Shown in pieces: positions 35,580 to 47,116 of a stretch of 64,000 nucleotides of DNA (its first letter is position 1; the number at the start of each line of letters is the position of its first letter). Source of the stretch: Solirubrobacterales bacterium (GTDB lineage Bacteria; Actinomycetota; Thermoleophilia; Solirubrobacterales; Solirubrobacteraceae); the NCBI GenBank assembly GCA_038199185.1, contig JBBPZE010000060.1, positions 5,066 through 69,065 of the forward strand, written 5' to 3'. The translations under genes and the position numbers were made by a program. The notes beneath the pieces are model-generated. The model saw nothing but the letters and a program-made list of their open reading frames with translations. It was not told the DNA's origin and did no database searches.

Positions 35580-36838
35580 GCCACGCGCTCCACCGCCCGC
35601 TGCGCGATGTCGCGACGCAGCTGTCGGCCGTTGTAGGTGATCATCTCGGCGCCAGCATAGGCCGCCTCGCGGGCCGTGGCGGGATCATCGCCGAGCGCCG
35701 TCACGGCCAGGACGCGACCGCCCGCGGTGACGACCTCGCCACCCGCCATGGCCGTGCCCGCATGGGTGACCTCGAGGTCGGGGGGCAGGTCGGCGAGCCC
35801 GCTGATGAGGTCGCCCGTCGACGCGCCGGCGGGATAACCCGCGCTGGCCAGCACGACCGTCACGGCCCATCGCTCGTCCCAGTCGAGCTCCACATCCACC
35901 AGCCCACCGGGCCGCGTCGTGGCCACCAGCAGGTCGACCAGGTCCGAGCGCAGGCGGGGCAGGACCGCCTGCGCCTCGGGGTCGCCGAAGCGGACGTTGT
36001 ACTCGAGCACCTTCACGCCGTCTGGGGTCATCATCAGCCCGGCGTACAGCACGCCGTGGAAGGGGGTGCCCCGCCGCGCCAGCTCGTCGAGGATGGGCTG
36101 GTGCACCAGCATCGCCGTCTGCTGCGCCCGGGCGCGATCCCACCCGGGGACCGGCGAGAACGCGCCCATACCGCCCGTGTTGGGGCCCGCGTCCCCGTCG
36201 AAGATGCGCTTGTAGTCCTGGGCGGGCGCGAGCGGGATCGCCCGCTGCCCGTCGCAGAGGGCGAGCAGCGAGATCTCCTCGCCGTCGAGGAACTCCTCGA
36301 CGATCACGTCGGTCCTGCCGAACACGTTGCGTTCGAGCATGTCGGTCAGCGCCGCACGCGCCTCCTCGGCGTCGGCGGCGATCACCACCCCCTTGCCCGC
36401 GGCCAGGCCGTCGGCCTTGACGACCACGGGGTAGTCGTCGATCGCGGCCATGCCCTCGTCGACGGTGCTCACCCGGCTCCAGACCGCGGTGGGCACCCCG
36501 GCGGCCTGCATGACCTCCTTGGAGTAGGCCTTGGAGCCCTCCAGCCGCGCGGCCGCCATGCGTGGCCCGAAGACCGTGATCCCGCAGTCGCGCAGCTCGT
36601 CGACGGCGCCGGCCACCAGCGGGACCTCGGGGCCGATGACCACGAGGCCGACCCTCTCGGCCCGCGCGAGATCGCAGAGGCCCTGCAGGTCGTCGGCGGC
36701 CACGTCCAGGCAGCGCGCGTCGTGGGCGATCCCCGCGTTGCCCGGCGTGCACAGCAGCTCGGGCCGCTGCGGCGAGCGGGCGAGTGCCCGGACGATCGCG
36801 TGCTCGCGACCGCCCGAGCCGACGACGAGGATCCTCAC
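35576..36838 (-). CDS. purD: Phosphoribosylamine-glycine ligase.
   Basis: [15 protein letters not shown], and an ATP-grasp core. An ATGA overlap joins it to purE. Confidence 0.9.
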   Translation of the reverse strand: MRILVVGSGGREHAIVRALARSPQRPELLCTPGNAGIAHDARCLDVAADDLQGLCDLARAERVGLVVIGPEVPLVAGAVDELRDCGITVFGPRMAAARLEGSKAYSKEVMQAAGVPTAVWSRVSTVDEGMAAIDDYPVVVKADGLAAGKGVVIAADAEEARAALTDMLERNVFGRTDVIVEEFLDGEEISLLALCDGQRAIPLAPAQDYKRIFDGDAGPNTGGMGAFSPVPGWDRARAQQTAMLVHQPILDELARRGTPFHGVLYAGLMMTPDGVKVLEYNVRFGDPEAQAVLPRLRSDLVDLLVATTRPGGLVDVELDWDERWAVTVVLASAGYPAGASTGDLISGLADLPPDLEVTHAGTAMAGGEVVTAGGRVLAVTALGDDPATAREAAYAGAEMITYNGRQLRRDIAQRAVERVA

Positions 36839-37120
36839 CTAGAGATTGGCGATGAAGTCGTCGATGGGGATCGCCGCGAGCGTCTCGTAGCGGCCGGTTC
36901 CGCGCGAGCCCATCTCGACCGACACCCGGGCCATCGTCGCCTCGTCGGGCGCCTCGATGACGTTGATGAAGTCGAAGCGGCCCAGTGTGGCCCACTGGGA
37001 CTTCACGCTGGCTCCCAGCTGCTCGATCTCCTTGTTGACCTCCCGGATGCGCGACGGGTTGTTCTTGACCGTCTGGACGCCCTCCGGGGTGAGCGTCGTG
37101 AGCATGATGTAGGTGGGCAT
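36839..37120 (-). CDS. GYD domain protein.
   Basis: [22 protein letters not shown]...[13 protein letters not shown]. The internal ATG 37120 is preferred over the track start at 37168. Confidence 0.65.
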   Translation of the reverse strand: MPTYIMLTTLTPEGVQTVKNNPSRIREVNKEIEQLGASVKSQWATLGRFDFINVIEAPDEATMARVSVEMGSRGTGRYETLAAIPIDDFIANL

Positions 37121-37171
37121 GCGCTGGAGTCTGCCAGGGAGAGCGCAGGCGGAGGGCTGAGGCGTCAACCG

Positions 37172-39712
37172 CTACGCCGCGGCGGCGGGCGCGAGCGCCT
37201 TCTCGAAGGACAGCCCGCCGTCGGCCACGCCGACCTCCACCACGTCGCCCTCGCAAAACGTGCCCTCGAGGATCCCCAGCGCCAGCCGGTCGACGAGCTG
37301 CTTCTGGATGACGCGCTTGAGCGGCCGCGCACCGTAGGTGGGGTCATAGCCGAGGTTGCCCAGAAGCGTGCGGGCGTCGTCGCTGAGCACGACCTCGATG
37401 CCGCGCTCCCGGACGCGCCCCAGCACCAGGTCGACCTGCAGGTCGACGATCGTCCCGATCTGATCGCGGTCGAGCGAGTGGAACTCGATGATGTCGTCGA
37501 GCCGATTGATGAACTCGGGCTTGAAGTGGCCCTCGGCGCCGATGCGGCCCCCGGGGATGTTCGAGGTCATGATCAGCACGGTGTTCTTGAAGTCGACCGT
37601 GCGCCCCTGGCCGTCGGTCAGGCGCCCGTCGTCCATCACCTGCAGCAGCACGTTGAAGACGTCGGGGTGGGCCTTCTCGATCTCGTCGAGAAGGACGACG
37701 CAGTAGGGGCGGCGGCGAACGGCCTCGGTCAGCTGCCCGCCCTCGTCGTAACCCACGTAGCCGGGGGGCGCGCCGATCAGCCGGCTGACGGCGTGCTTCT
37801 CCATGTACTCCGACATGTCGATGCGGATCATCGCGTCGGAGGAGTCGAACATGAACTCGGCCAGGGCGCGGGCCAACTCCGTCTTGCCCACGCCGGTGGG
37901 CCCCAGGAACAGGAAGCTGCCGATGGGGCGGTCGGGATCCGAGAGGCCCGCCCGGGAGCGGCGCAGCGCGGCGCTGACGGCGCCGACGGCGTCGTGCTGG
38001 CCGACCACCCGCCGGTGCAGGCGTTCCTCCATGTGCACGAGCTTCTCCGTCTCGCCCTCCAACAGGCGGCTGACGGGGATCCCGGTCCAGCGGCCGACGA
38101 CCTCGGCGACGTCCTCGGCGTCGACCTCGCGCTTGAAGAAGCGGAAGTCCTCGGTGTCGGCGGCCTCGAGCTCGGCCATACGGGCCTCGAGCTCGGGGAT
38201 GCGGCCGTACTGCAGCTCGGCGGCCCGAGCGAGATCCGACTCGCGCTGGGCCTTCTCGAGCTCGGTGCGTGCGATCTCGAGCTCGCGTTTGACCTCGCTC
38301 ACACCCTCGATCGCGTCCTTCTCGCGCTGCCACTCGGCCCGCATGCCGCCGGCCTGCTCGCGCAGCTCGGCCAGCTCACGGTCGATCGCGGCGCTGCGCG
38401 CCGCGGAGGGGTCGTCGGACTCCTTCTCCAGCGCGGCGGCCTCGATCTCGAGCTGCATGATGCGCCGCTCGACCTCGTCGATCTCGGTGGGCACCGAGTC
38501 GACCTCGATGCGCAGCCGCGACGCGGCCTCGTCGATCAGGTCGATGGCCTTGTCGGGCAGGAAGCGGTCGGCGATGTAGCGATCGCTCAGCGTGGCGGCG
38601 GCGATCACCGCGGAGTCCTGGATCCTGACGTCGTGGTGGACCTCGTAGCGCTCCTTCAGCCCGCGGAGGATCGCGATCGCGTCCTGCACGCTCGGCTCGC
38701 CGACCATGACGGGCTGGAACCGGCGCTCGAGCGCGGCGTCCTTCTCGATGTGCTTGCGGTACTCGTCGAGCGTGGTGGCGCCCACCGCCCGCAGCTCGCC
38801 GCGGGCGAGCATCGGCTTGAGCAGGTTGGCGGCGTCGACCGCGCCCTCGGCCGCGCCCGCGCCGACGATCGTGTGCAGCTCGTCGAGGAAGAGGATCACG
38901 CCGCCCGATGCGTCGGAGACCTCCTTGAGAACGGCCTTGAGGCGCTCCTCGAACTCACCGCGGTACTTCGAGCCGGCCAGCAGCGCCCCGATGTCGAGGC
39001 TGATCACGCGGCGGTCGCGCAGCGACTCGGGGACGTCGCCGGAGACGATGCGCTGGGCGAGGCCCTCCACGATCGCGGTCTTGCCCACGCCGGGTTCGCC
39101 GATGAGAACCGGGTTGTTCTTGGTGCGGCGGCTGAGAACCTGGATGACGCGGCGGATCTCGTCGTCGCGGCCGATGACCGGGTCGAGCTCCCCACCCTCG
39201 GCGCGAACGGTCAGATCGATGCCGAACTTCTCGAGCGCCTGAACCGTGTCCTCGGGCGACTGGCTCGTGACCCGGTGGCTGCCGCGCACCTCCGCGATCG
39301 CCTCCAGCAGCGTTGCCGCGGAGGCACCGGCGCGGCGCAGCGCCTCTCCGGAGGAGGTGTCGGCATCGGCGAGGGCGAGCAGCACGTGCTCGGTGGAGAC
39401 GTACTCGTCCTTGAGGTCGCGCATGTGCTTCTCGGCGGCGCGCAGGACGCTCAGCAGCTCGGGGGCGGTCGTGGGCTCGGCGGGCCGGTCGAGGGTCGGA
39501 AGGGCGTCGAGCACCGCGCTGACGTCGGCGCGCAGCGGCTCGACGGTGACCCCGAGCTTGCGCAGCACCGGCACGACGAGGCCGTCGGCCTGCTCGAGCA
39601 GGACCGCGAGCAGGTGCTCGGGTGAGACCTGCGCGTGGCGACGATCGGCGGCCAGCGCGATGGCGGCCTGGATGGCCTCCTGGGACTTGATGGTGAAGCG
39701 ATCGGGCTGCAT
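37172..39712 (-). CDS. clpB: ATP-dependent chaperone ClpB.
   Basis: Two AAA+ modules, [15 protein letters not shown] and [15 protein letters not shown], separated by a coiled-coil middle domain. Confidence 0.95.
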   Translation of the reverse strand: MQPDRFTIKSQEAIQAAIALAADRRHAQVSPEHLLAVLLEQADGLVVPVLRKLGVTVEPLRADVSAVLDALPTLDRPAEPTTAPELLSVLRAAEKHMRDLKDEYVSTEHVLLALADADTSSGEALRRAGASAATLLEAIAEVRGSHRVTSQSPEDTVQALEKFGIDLTVRAEGGELDPVIGRDDEIRRVIQVLSRRTKNNPVLIGEPGVGKTAIVEGLAQRIVSGDVPESLRDRRVISLDIGALLAGSKYRGEFEERLKAVLKEVSDASGGVILFLDELHTIVGAGAAEGAVDAANLLKPMLARGELRAVGATTLDEYRKHIEKDAALERRFQPVMVGEPSVQDAIAILRGLKERYEVHHDVRIQDSAVIAAATLSDRYIADRFLPDKAIDLIDEAASRLRIEVDSVPTEIDEVERRIMQLEIEAAALEKESDDPSAARSAAIDRELAELREQAGGMRAEWQREKDAIEGVSEVKRELEIARTELEKAQRESDLARAAELQYGRIPELEARMAELEAADTEDFRFFKREVDAEDVAEVVGRWTGIPVSRLLEGETEKLVHMEERLHRRVVGQHDAVGAVSAALRRSRAGLSDPDRPIGSFLFLGPTGVGKTELARALAEFMFDSSDAMIRIDMSEYMEKHAVSRLIGAPPGYVGYDEGGQLTEAVRRRPYCVVLLDEIEKAHPDVFNVLLQVMDDGRLTDGQGRTVDFKNTVLIMTSNIPGGRIGAEGHFKPEFINRLDDIIEFHSLDRDQIGTIVDLQVDLVLGRVRERGIEVVLSDDARTLLGNLGYDPTYGARPLKRVIQKQLVDRLALGILEGTFCEGDVVEVGVADGGLSFEKALAPAAAA

Positions 39713-39716
39713 CTAG

Positions 39717-39739
39717 ATCTCAGTGTAGTCGACTGAGAT
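39717..39739. promoter_or_regulatory. HAIR-like HspR operator candidate overlapping a putative clpB promoter.
   Basis: ATCTCAGT-N7-ACTGAGAT is a perfect 8-bp inverted repeat ending 5 nt from the clpB ATG. On the minus strand, TTGAAA-16 nt-TACACT brackets it. Confidence 0.45.
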
Positions 39740-39796
39740 TTCGTTTCAAGCCAAAGGTGGGGGGAACGCGGGCCGGTCCGTGGGTATGCACGACCC

Positions 39797-39985
39797 ATGG
39801 AACACGACGAGCACGCCGACGAGCCCCTGGGTCCGATGACCCCCGACGACGAGACCGACCTGGGCGACACGCCCGAGGCCCACGACGAGATCAGCCCCCA
39901 CGACCTCCCCAAGGACCACCCGGGGCGACACCAGGCGGAGCGCGACGCCGGCGGGGAGGGCGGCACCACGCAGGGCAACGTCTAG
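39797..39985 (+). CDS. Small acidic hypothetical protein.
   Basis: 62 aa, MEHDEHADEPLGPMTPDDETDLGD... GC3 is high in this frame. Confidence 0.4.
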   Translation: MEHDEHADEPLGPMTPDDETDLGDTPEAHDEISPHDLPKDHPGRHQAERDAGGEGGTTQGNV

Positions 39986-39988
39986 CGG

Positions 39989-40489
39989 TCACCGCGGCCG
40001 CGAACCGCCCTGGCCGTCGTCGCGGCGGACGGGGATCTTGAACGGAGAGCGCGCGTCCTGCGCACGAACGATGTCCCCGGTCTTGGGCATGTGGACGAGA
40101 TCGGCACGCACGCGCTCGCGCACGGCCTCGAGCTGGGCGATCTGCGCCTGCAACTCGACCGCGCGACGCTCCAGCGCCTCGACGCGCCGCTGGGCGCGGG
40201 TGAGCTTCTCCTCCATCTCCAGCACGCGCTCCACGCCCGCGAGGTTGAGGCCGAGCTGGTTGGTCATCTGCTGGATGCGGCGAAGCCGCTCGACATCCTG
40301 CTGCGAGTACAGGCGGGTGCCCTTGGGAGAGCGCTTGGGCTCGATCAGCCCGCGGGCCTCGTACATGCGCAGGGTCTGTGGGTGCATCTCGGCCAGCTCC
40401 GCTGCCACCGAGATCATGAACACCCCGCGGTCGGCGGAGACCTCGACGCGCGTCGTGGTGCGACGGGTGCGGCGGGGCGGCATGCTCAT
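39989..40489 (-). CDS. hspR: MerR-family heat-shock repressor HspR.
   Basis: [47 protein letters not shown]. It is the last gene of the dnaK operon, with an ATGA overlap to dnaJ. Confidence 0.85.
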   Translation of the reverse strand: MSMPPRRTRRTTTRVEVSADRGVFMISVAAELAEMHPQTLRMYEARGLIEPKRSPKGTRLYSQQDVERLRRIQQMTNQLGLNLAGVERVLEMEEKLTRAQRRVEALERRAVELQAQIAQLEAVRERVRADLVHMPKTGDIVRAQDARSPFKIPVRRDDGQGGSRPR

Positions 40490-41607
40490 GCGAACAACCT
40501 CGCTCGTGGGTTGCCGTTCATGACCTCCGAGAGCTTGTCGACCGCCTCGGACTGCTCCGCAGACAGCTTGGCGGGGATCTCGATCACGAAGCGGTAATGG
40601 ATGTCGCCGCGGGGGGGCCGCGATCCCGTCCCCAGCTTGGGTGGGCCCTCGGCCCGCAGGCGCTGCACCGTGCCGTGCCGGGTGCCCGCGGGCACCCGCA
40701 GCTTCTTGCGGCCGTTGAGCGTCGGCACCTCGACCTCGGCACCGCGGATCGCCTCGGGGATGGTGAGCGGAACCTCGACCTCGACGTTGTCGCCCTTGCG
40801 GGCGAAGATCGCCGACGGCGAAACGCGGGTGATCACGTAGAGATCCCCCGGCGCGCCTCCGTTGCGGCCGGGATCGCCCTTGCCCGACAGCCGGACCCGG
40901 CTGCCGTCGCGGACGCCGGCCGGGATGTTCACGCGGTACTTCTTGACGGTGCGCGTGGCTCCGCTGCCCTGGCACGTCGGGCACGGCTCCTCGATCACCG
41001 TGCCGCTGCCGTGGCACCGCGAGCAGGGTTGGGAGATCGAGAAGAGGCCCTGTCCCTCGCTCTCGACGCCCCGGCCCTGGCAGCGCGGGCAGGTCTTCGG
41101 GCTTGTCCCCGGCTTGGCACCCGTCCCGGTACAGGTGGAGCACATCTGCGAGATCGGCACGGCGAGCGCGATCTGCGCGCCCTGGACGGATTGCTCGAAG
41201 GAGATCGAGGCCTCGGCCTCCAGGTCGCGGCCTCGCTCCTGGCGCGGAACGCGGCGCCCCGCGCCGGTGCGCGCCCCGGCACCGGCCGCGCCACCGAACA
41301 GGTTCGAGAGGATGTCGCCGAGCCCGCCGGCGTCGAAGCCGCCCGGAAAGCCCTGGCCGCCCGCCGTCCCCTGGCCGCCCCCGAAGAAGGCTCCGAGGCC
41401 TCCGCGGTCGTACTGCTTGCGCTTCTCGGGATCGCCCAGGACGTCGTAGGCCGCCGAGATCTCCTTGAACCGCGTCTCGGACTCCTTGTCCCCGGGGTTC
41501 TTGTCCGGGTGGTAGCGCCGCGCGAGCTTGCGGTAGGCCTTCTTGATCTCCTCAGGCGTCGCCTTGCGGTCGACGCCGAGCACCTTGTAGAGGTCCCGCT
41601 CGGCCAT
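40486..41607 (-). CDS. dnaJ: Chaperone DnaJ.
   Basis: J-domain DLYKVLGV...YHPDKNPGD, and four CxxCxGxG zinc-finger repeats. Confidence 0.95.
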   Translation of the reverse strand: MAERDLYKVLGVDRKATPEEIKKAYRKLARRYHPDKNPGDKESETRFKEISAAYDVLGDPEKRKQYDRGGLGAFFGGGQGTAGGQGFPGGFDAGGLGDILSNLFGGAAGAGARTGAGRRVPRQERGRDLEAEASISFEQSVQGAQIALAVPISQMCSTCTGTGAKPGTSPKTCPRCQGRGVESEGQGLFSISQPCSRCHGSGTVIEEPCPTCQGSGATRTVKKYRVNIPAGVRDGSRVRLSGKGDPGRNGGAPGDLYVITRVSPSAIFARKGDNVEVEVPLTIPEAIRGAEVEVPTLNGRKKLRVPAGTRHGTVQRLRAEGPPKLGTGSRPPRGDIHYRFVIEIPAKLSAEQSEAVDKLSEVMNGNPRARLFA

Positions 41608-41609
41608 CG

Positions 41610-42173
41610 CTATGCCGCCACGACCACCTTGGCCGCTCGCAGGACGTCGTCTCCGAGCCGGTAGCCGGCCTGGTAGACCTCGACGACGGTGCCGCTCTGC
41701 GCCCCGTCGACGGGCGTCGTCGCGACGGCCTCGTGCTGGTGGGGATCGAACGCCTCGCCCCTGGGCGAGAACGACTCGATGCCGGCCCGCCGCAGCGCGG
41801 CGAGCATCTGCTCCTGGACGAGGCGGATGCCCTTCGTCAGCGTGTGCTCGGCGTCGGACTCCTCGGCCTCGGCGTGCGCGAGCGCCCGTTCGAAGTCGTC
41901 GAGCGCGGGGAGTATCTCCGACGCCACGCGCTTCATCCCGTCGCGTGTCGCCTTCTGGACCCGCTGCGCCGTCTGCTTGCGGAGGTTCTCGACCTCCGCC
42001 GCCTTGCGGTGCGCGAGGTCCTTCCAGTCGGGCTCCTCGGGGGCGGGCTCTGGTCCATCCTCCGCGGGCTCCGCCCCCTCCGCCGCGGGCTCCGCCTCCG
42101 GTTCGGAGGTCGTCTCGGCCTGACCCTCGGGCCCGGGTTCCACCTCGACGACGTTGTCCTGCTCGGAAGCCAC
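41610..42173 (-). CDS. grpE: Nucleotide exchange factor GrpE.
   Basis: Position between dnaK and dnaJ, and the C-terminus ...HEAVATTP...[23 protein letters not shown]. Confidence 0.9.
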   Translation of the reverse strand: MASEQDNVVEVEPGPEGQAETTSEPEAEPAAEGAEPAEDGPEPAPEEPDWKDLAHRKAAEVENLRKQTAQRVQKATRDGMKRVASEILPALDDFERALAHAEAEESDAEHTLTKGIRLVQEQMLAALRRAGIESFSPRGEAFDPHQHEAVATTPVDGAQSGTVVEVYQAGYRLGDDVLRAAKVVVAA

Positions 42174-42176
42174 GGA

Positions 42177-44084
<1,908 letters not shown>

Positions 44085-44165
44085 GATGCTGGGTTCTCCT
44101 TGGTCGAACCTTGAACCGCTTACGTACGAAAAATCTCTGTCTTGTTATAGCAGATGTTTGATCCG

Positions 44166-44861
44166 TCACGAGCGCGACCTCGGGACCGATTCCCGGGCCC
44201 GAGGCGCGGCCGCGGAGGGGCACATCCTCCGCAGCGGGCACTCATCGCAACGCGGTCGCTGGGCGTGGCACGTCCGGCGGCCGTGGCGCAGGAGGTTGAC
44301 GTGGAACTCGAGCTCGGCGCCGGGGGGCGTGAGCGCGAGCATGGCGTCGTGCACCGCGTTGGCATTCCCGTTCGCGGGGAGCAGACCGAGCCGGGCGCAG
44401 ACACGCCCGACGTGGGTGTCGACCGGCACGTCGCGCATACCGTGGGAGAACAGCAGCACGCACGCGGCCGTCTTGCGCCCCACGCCCGGCAACGCGGTCA
44501 GCAGCGCGCGGCCCTCGTCCACGGGCAGGTCCGGGAGCGCATCGAGCGTGGGCTCGCCGCCCGGCGTGTGAGGCAGCGCCCGCAGGATCGCCTGGATGCG
44601 CGCGGACTTGACCTTCGAGATGCCGCCCGGCCGGATCGCCTCCTCGACGGCCGCGACCGGCGCGTCGCGCACGTCGCTCCAGTCGGCGAAGCGATCGCGC
44701 AGCCGCAGGTAGGCGACATCGCGGTTGCGGTCGTTGGTCGACTGGGACAGCACGGTGAGGACGAGCTCGGCGATCGGGTGGCCGTGAGGAGGCAGGCGCG
44801 GCACGCCGTAGGTCTCGGCCAGGCGAGCCCGGATGCGCCGGATGCGCGCCCGGTCGATCAC
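44166..44861 (-). CDS. nth: Endonuclease III / HhH-GPD base-excision glycosylase with a 4Fe-4S cluster.
   Basis: LPGVGRKTAACVLLF, VDTHV, CHAQRPRCDECPLRRMC. GTG 44861 forms a GTGA overlap with the upstream kinase stop. Confidence 0.85.
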   Translation of the reverse strand: MIDRARIRRIRARLAETYGVPRLPPHGHPIAELVLTVLSQSTNDRNRDVAYLRLRDRFADWSDVRDAPVAAVEEAIRPGGISKVKSARIQAILRALPHTPGGEPTLDALPDLPVDEGRALLTALPGVGRKTAACVLLFSHGMRDVPVDTHVGRVCARLGLLPANGNANAVHDAMLALTPPGAELEFHVNLLRHGRRTCHAQRPRCDECPLRRMCPSAAAPRARESVPRSRS

Positions 44862-45769
44862 GAGCCGTGAGAGCGAAGGGCCCCGAAGTGCTCGGTCGCC
44901 CGGGCACCACGCTCGACTGCCTCGGGCAGGGCCGCCGCCAGGGTGGCCGGATAGAACGCGCTCGCAGCAAGCCGGGCCAGCAGCGTGCCCATCAGCGTGT
45001 CGCCGGCGCCCGTGGTGTCGACCGTGCGGGCGGACACGCCCGGCACGTCGAGCCGCATTCCCCCTCCGCGCAGCAGCGCGCCGGCGGCGCCGAGCGTGAC
45101 CACGACGTGCTGCGCGCCGCCGGCGAGCAGGGCCTCGGCCGCTGCGGCGGGGTCGTGCTCCCCCGTGAGGACCTCGGCCTCCTCGCGGTTGCAGCGCACG
45201 AGCAGCGCGCCCGCGACCAGGTCGCGCGCCGCCGTGGCCGCGCGCGTGGCGGTGGGCCAGCGGTGCAGGCGCAGGTTCGGATCGAAGACGAACGGCCGCC
45301 CGGCCGCGAGGGCGCGCTCGCGCGCCGTCATCGTCACCGCGCGCTCCTCCTCGTGCACGAGCGTGTTGGACGAGACGAAGAGCGCGTCGCACGCGTCGAC
45401 CGCCCCCTCGATCTCGTCGGCCAGGGCGGCGACGGTGGCGGCGGTGTCCTGGCCGTAGACGAGGAAGTCACGCTCGCCGCCGGCGTCGACCGTCACGAAC
45501 GCCACCGGCGTCTGGACTCCCGCCCGCAGCCCGAACCACTCCAGGCCCACGCCGTCGCCGGCGAGGCTGTCGCGCAGCCACGCCCCCCACGGGTCGTCGC
45601 CCGCCCCGCCCGCAAGCTCCACATCGGCACCGAGACGGGCCGCCACGGCGGCCACGTTGGCCACCGATCCACCGGGATGGGGCACGAAGGAGCCGGCCTG
45701 CCCGAACCCCGCCACCGGGTGCTCGCACACGAGGTCGACGAGGGCGTCTCCGAGCAACAGGATGCGCAT
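44858..45769 (-). CDS. PfkB-family carbohydrate kinase.
   Basis: MRILLLGDALVDLV, GGSVANVA, TTGAGDTLMG. Confidence 0.8.
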   Translation of the reverse strand: MRILLLGDALVDLVCEHPVAGFGQAGSFVPHPGGSVANVAAVAARLGADVELAGGAGDDPWGAWLRDSLAGDGVGLEWFGLRAGVQTPVAFVTVDAGGERDFLVYGQDTAATVAALADEIEGAVDACDALFVSSNTLVHEEERAVTMTARERALAAGRPFVFDPNLRLHRWPTATRAATAARDLVAGALLVRCNREEAEVLTGEHDPAAAAEALLAGGAQHVVVTLGAAGALLRGGGMRLDVPGVSARTVDTTGAGDTLMGTLLARLAASAFYPATLAAALPEAVERGARATEHFGALRSHGS

Positions 45770-46559
45770 GGAGACGGACGCTATCGTCCGCCCGCGGATG
45801 CCCACGGCGCAGCTCGGCGAGCAGCTCGTCCATTGGATCGCCGAGGGCGACGCGCCGATCCTCTACCTGCACGGCGTGCCCAACGGCGCCGTCATGTGGA
45901 AGCCGTTCCTCGAGCGCAGCGGCGGGGTCGCGGTGGACCTTCCCGGCTTCGGGCACAGCGGAAAGCGCGGCGATCTCGATGCGGGCTTTCAGTCCATGGG
46001 GCGCTTCGTCGGCGCGTTTGCCGATCACCTCGGGCTCGAGCGCGTGCGCTTGTGCATGCACGACTGGGGCGCGGTCGGCCTCCTGTGGGCAATGGCGCAA
46101 CCCCATCGGGTCGAGCGCATCGTCCTCATCGACGCGGTCCCGTTCCTGCCGGGATACCGCTGGCACTTCCTCGCCCGCCAGTGGCGCCGACGCGTTCTCG
46201 GCGAGCTGATGATGGGATCAACCGTCCGCGCGACCGCCGGGCGCCTGCTGCCCGCGCCGTTGGTCGACGACGTCCTCGAGACCTTCGACGTGGGCACCCA
46301 GCGCACGATCCTGCGGCTCTACCGAAGCGCACCCGAGCGCGCACTCGCGCTCGCCGGGGAGCGGCTGGCCCGCATCGCCGCGCCCGCGCTGGTCGTCTGG
46401 GGCGAGCGTGACCCGTACATCGCGCCCTCCTTCGCGGCGGCGTACGCGCAGGCCCTGGGCGGCGACGCGGAGGTCCGTGTGGAGCCCGGAGCGGGCCACT
46501 GGCCCTGGCTCGATGCACCGGAAATTGTGACGACAGTCACCGACTTCCTCCTCCGCTAG
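45768..46559 (+). CDS. Alpha/beta-fold hydrolase.
   Basis: ILYLHGVPNGAVMW, MHDWGAVG (nucleophile elbow with Asp), GAGHWPW. The start is uncertain: ATG 45768, 45762 or 45798. Confidence 0.75.
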   Translation: METDAIVRPRMPTAQLGEQLVHWIAEGDAPILYLHGVPNGAVMWKPFLERSGGVAVDLPGFGHSGKRGDLDAGFQSMGRFVGAFADHLGLERVRLCMHDWGAVGLLWAMAQPHRVERIVLIDAVPFLPGYRWHFLARQWRRRVLGELMMGSTVRATAGRLLPAPLVDDVLETFDVGTQRTILRLYRSAPERALALAGERLARIAAPALVVWGERDPYIAPSFAAAYAQALGGDAEVRVEPGAGHWPWLDAPEIVTTVTDFLLR

Positions 46560-46629
46560 CCTCGCGGACTCCGTTCCGAGGCAGACCGGATGCTGTCCAC
46601 TCCCCGGCCCCAACCAGGAGGACTGCAAC

Positions 46630-47067
46630 ATGCCCGCCGCCCACCCCCCGGCACATCACTCCGCGGCACATCAGCCCGCGCGATGCGCCGAACACACCGT
46701 CGTGCGCGCGCTCAACGCAGCTCGCCGACTTCACGGGCTCGCGCCACTGCGCCTCGTCGAGAACCTGTCCCGCGTCGCCCACCTGCATTCACGCGATCTC
46801 GCCGAGCACAACCTCCTCTCGCACTCCGGCAGCGACGGAACCACGTTCGACACCCGTATCCGACGGGCCGTCGCCGCTCGGACTGTCGGCGAGACCGTGA
46901 TCGAGCTGGGCGGCCGCTGCACCGGCCGCGCGATCGTCCGTACCTGGCTCCGGTCACCACCGCACCGCGTCGACGTCCTGGCGCCAGGGTTCGGCCGCGT
47001 GGGTGTGGGCCGGGCAAGCATCCGCGGCGCCAGCATCATCACGGCGGACTTCGCCAGCGGCCACTAG
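46630..47067 (+). CDS. CAP/SCP (YkwD-like) domain protein.
   Basis: LNAARRLHGLAPLRLVENLSRVAHLHSRDLAEHNLLSHSGSDG...RTWLRSPPHRVDVL. An AGGAGGA SD lies upstream. Confidence 0.65.
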   Translation: MPAAHPPAHHSAAHQPARCAEHTVVRALNAARRLHGLAPLRLVENLSRVAHLHSRDLAEHNLLSHSGSDGTTFDTRIRRAVAARTVGETVIELGGRCTGRAIVRTWLRSPPHRVDVLAPGFGRVGVGRASIRGASIITADFASGH

Positions 47068-47116
47068 CCAAACCATTCCCCGTATCAGCGCAGGCGAGCG
47101 GCCGTATCGTCGATGC

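Noticed and set aside
35762-39625. Very long ORFs in the track: 35762..39625(+) 1287 aa, 15371..18265(-) 964 aa, 21305..24295(+) 996 aa, 41733..44114(+) 793 aa, 11061..13325(-) 754 aa, 29658..32063(+) 801 aa, and others.
   Set aside because: They are Arg/Gly/Pro/Asp-rich and low in complexity. They lie antisense to genes with unmistakable conserved motifs (clpB, purD, P450, helicase, dnaK, purL). Stop-free antisense frames are expected in very GC-rich DNA.
44161-44200. The inverted repeat cctcggg-N13-cccgagg at the 3' end of nth, considered as a dnaK operator or nth terminator.
   Set aside because: It lies inside the nth coding sequence before the stop codon and does not resemble HAIR. There is no basis for assigning it a function.
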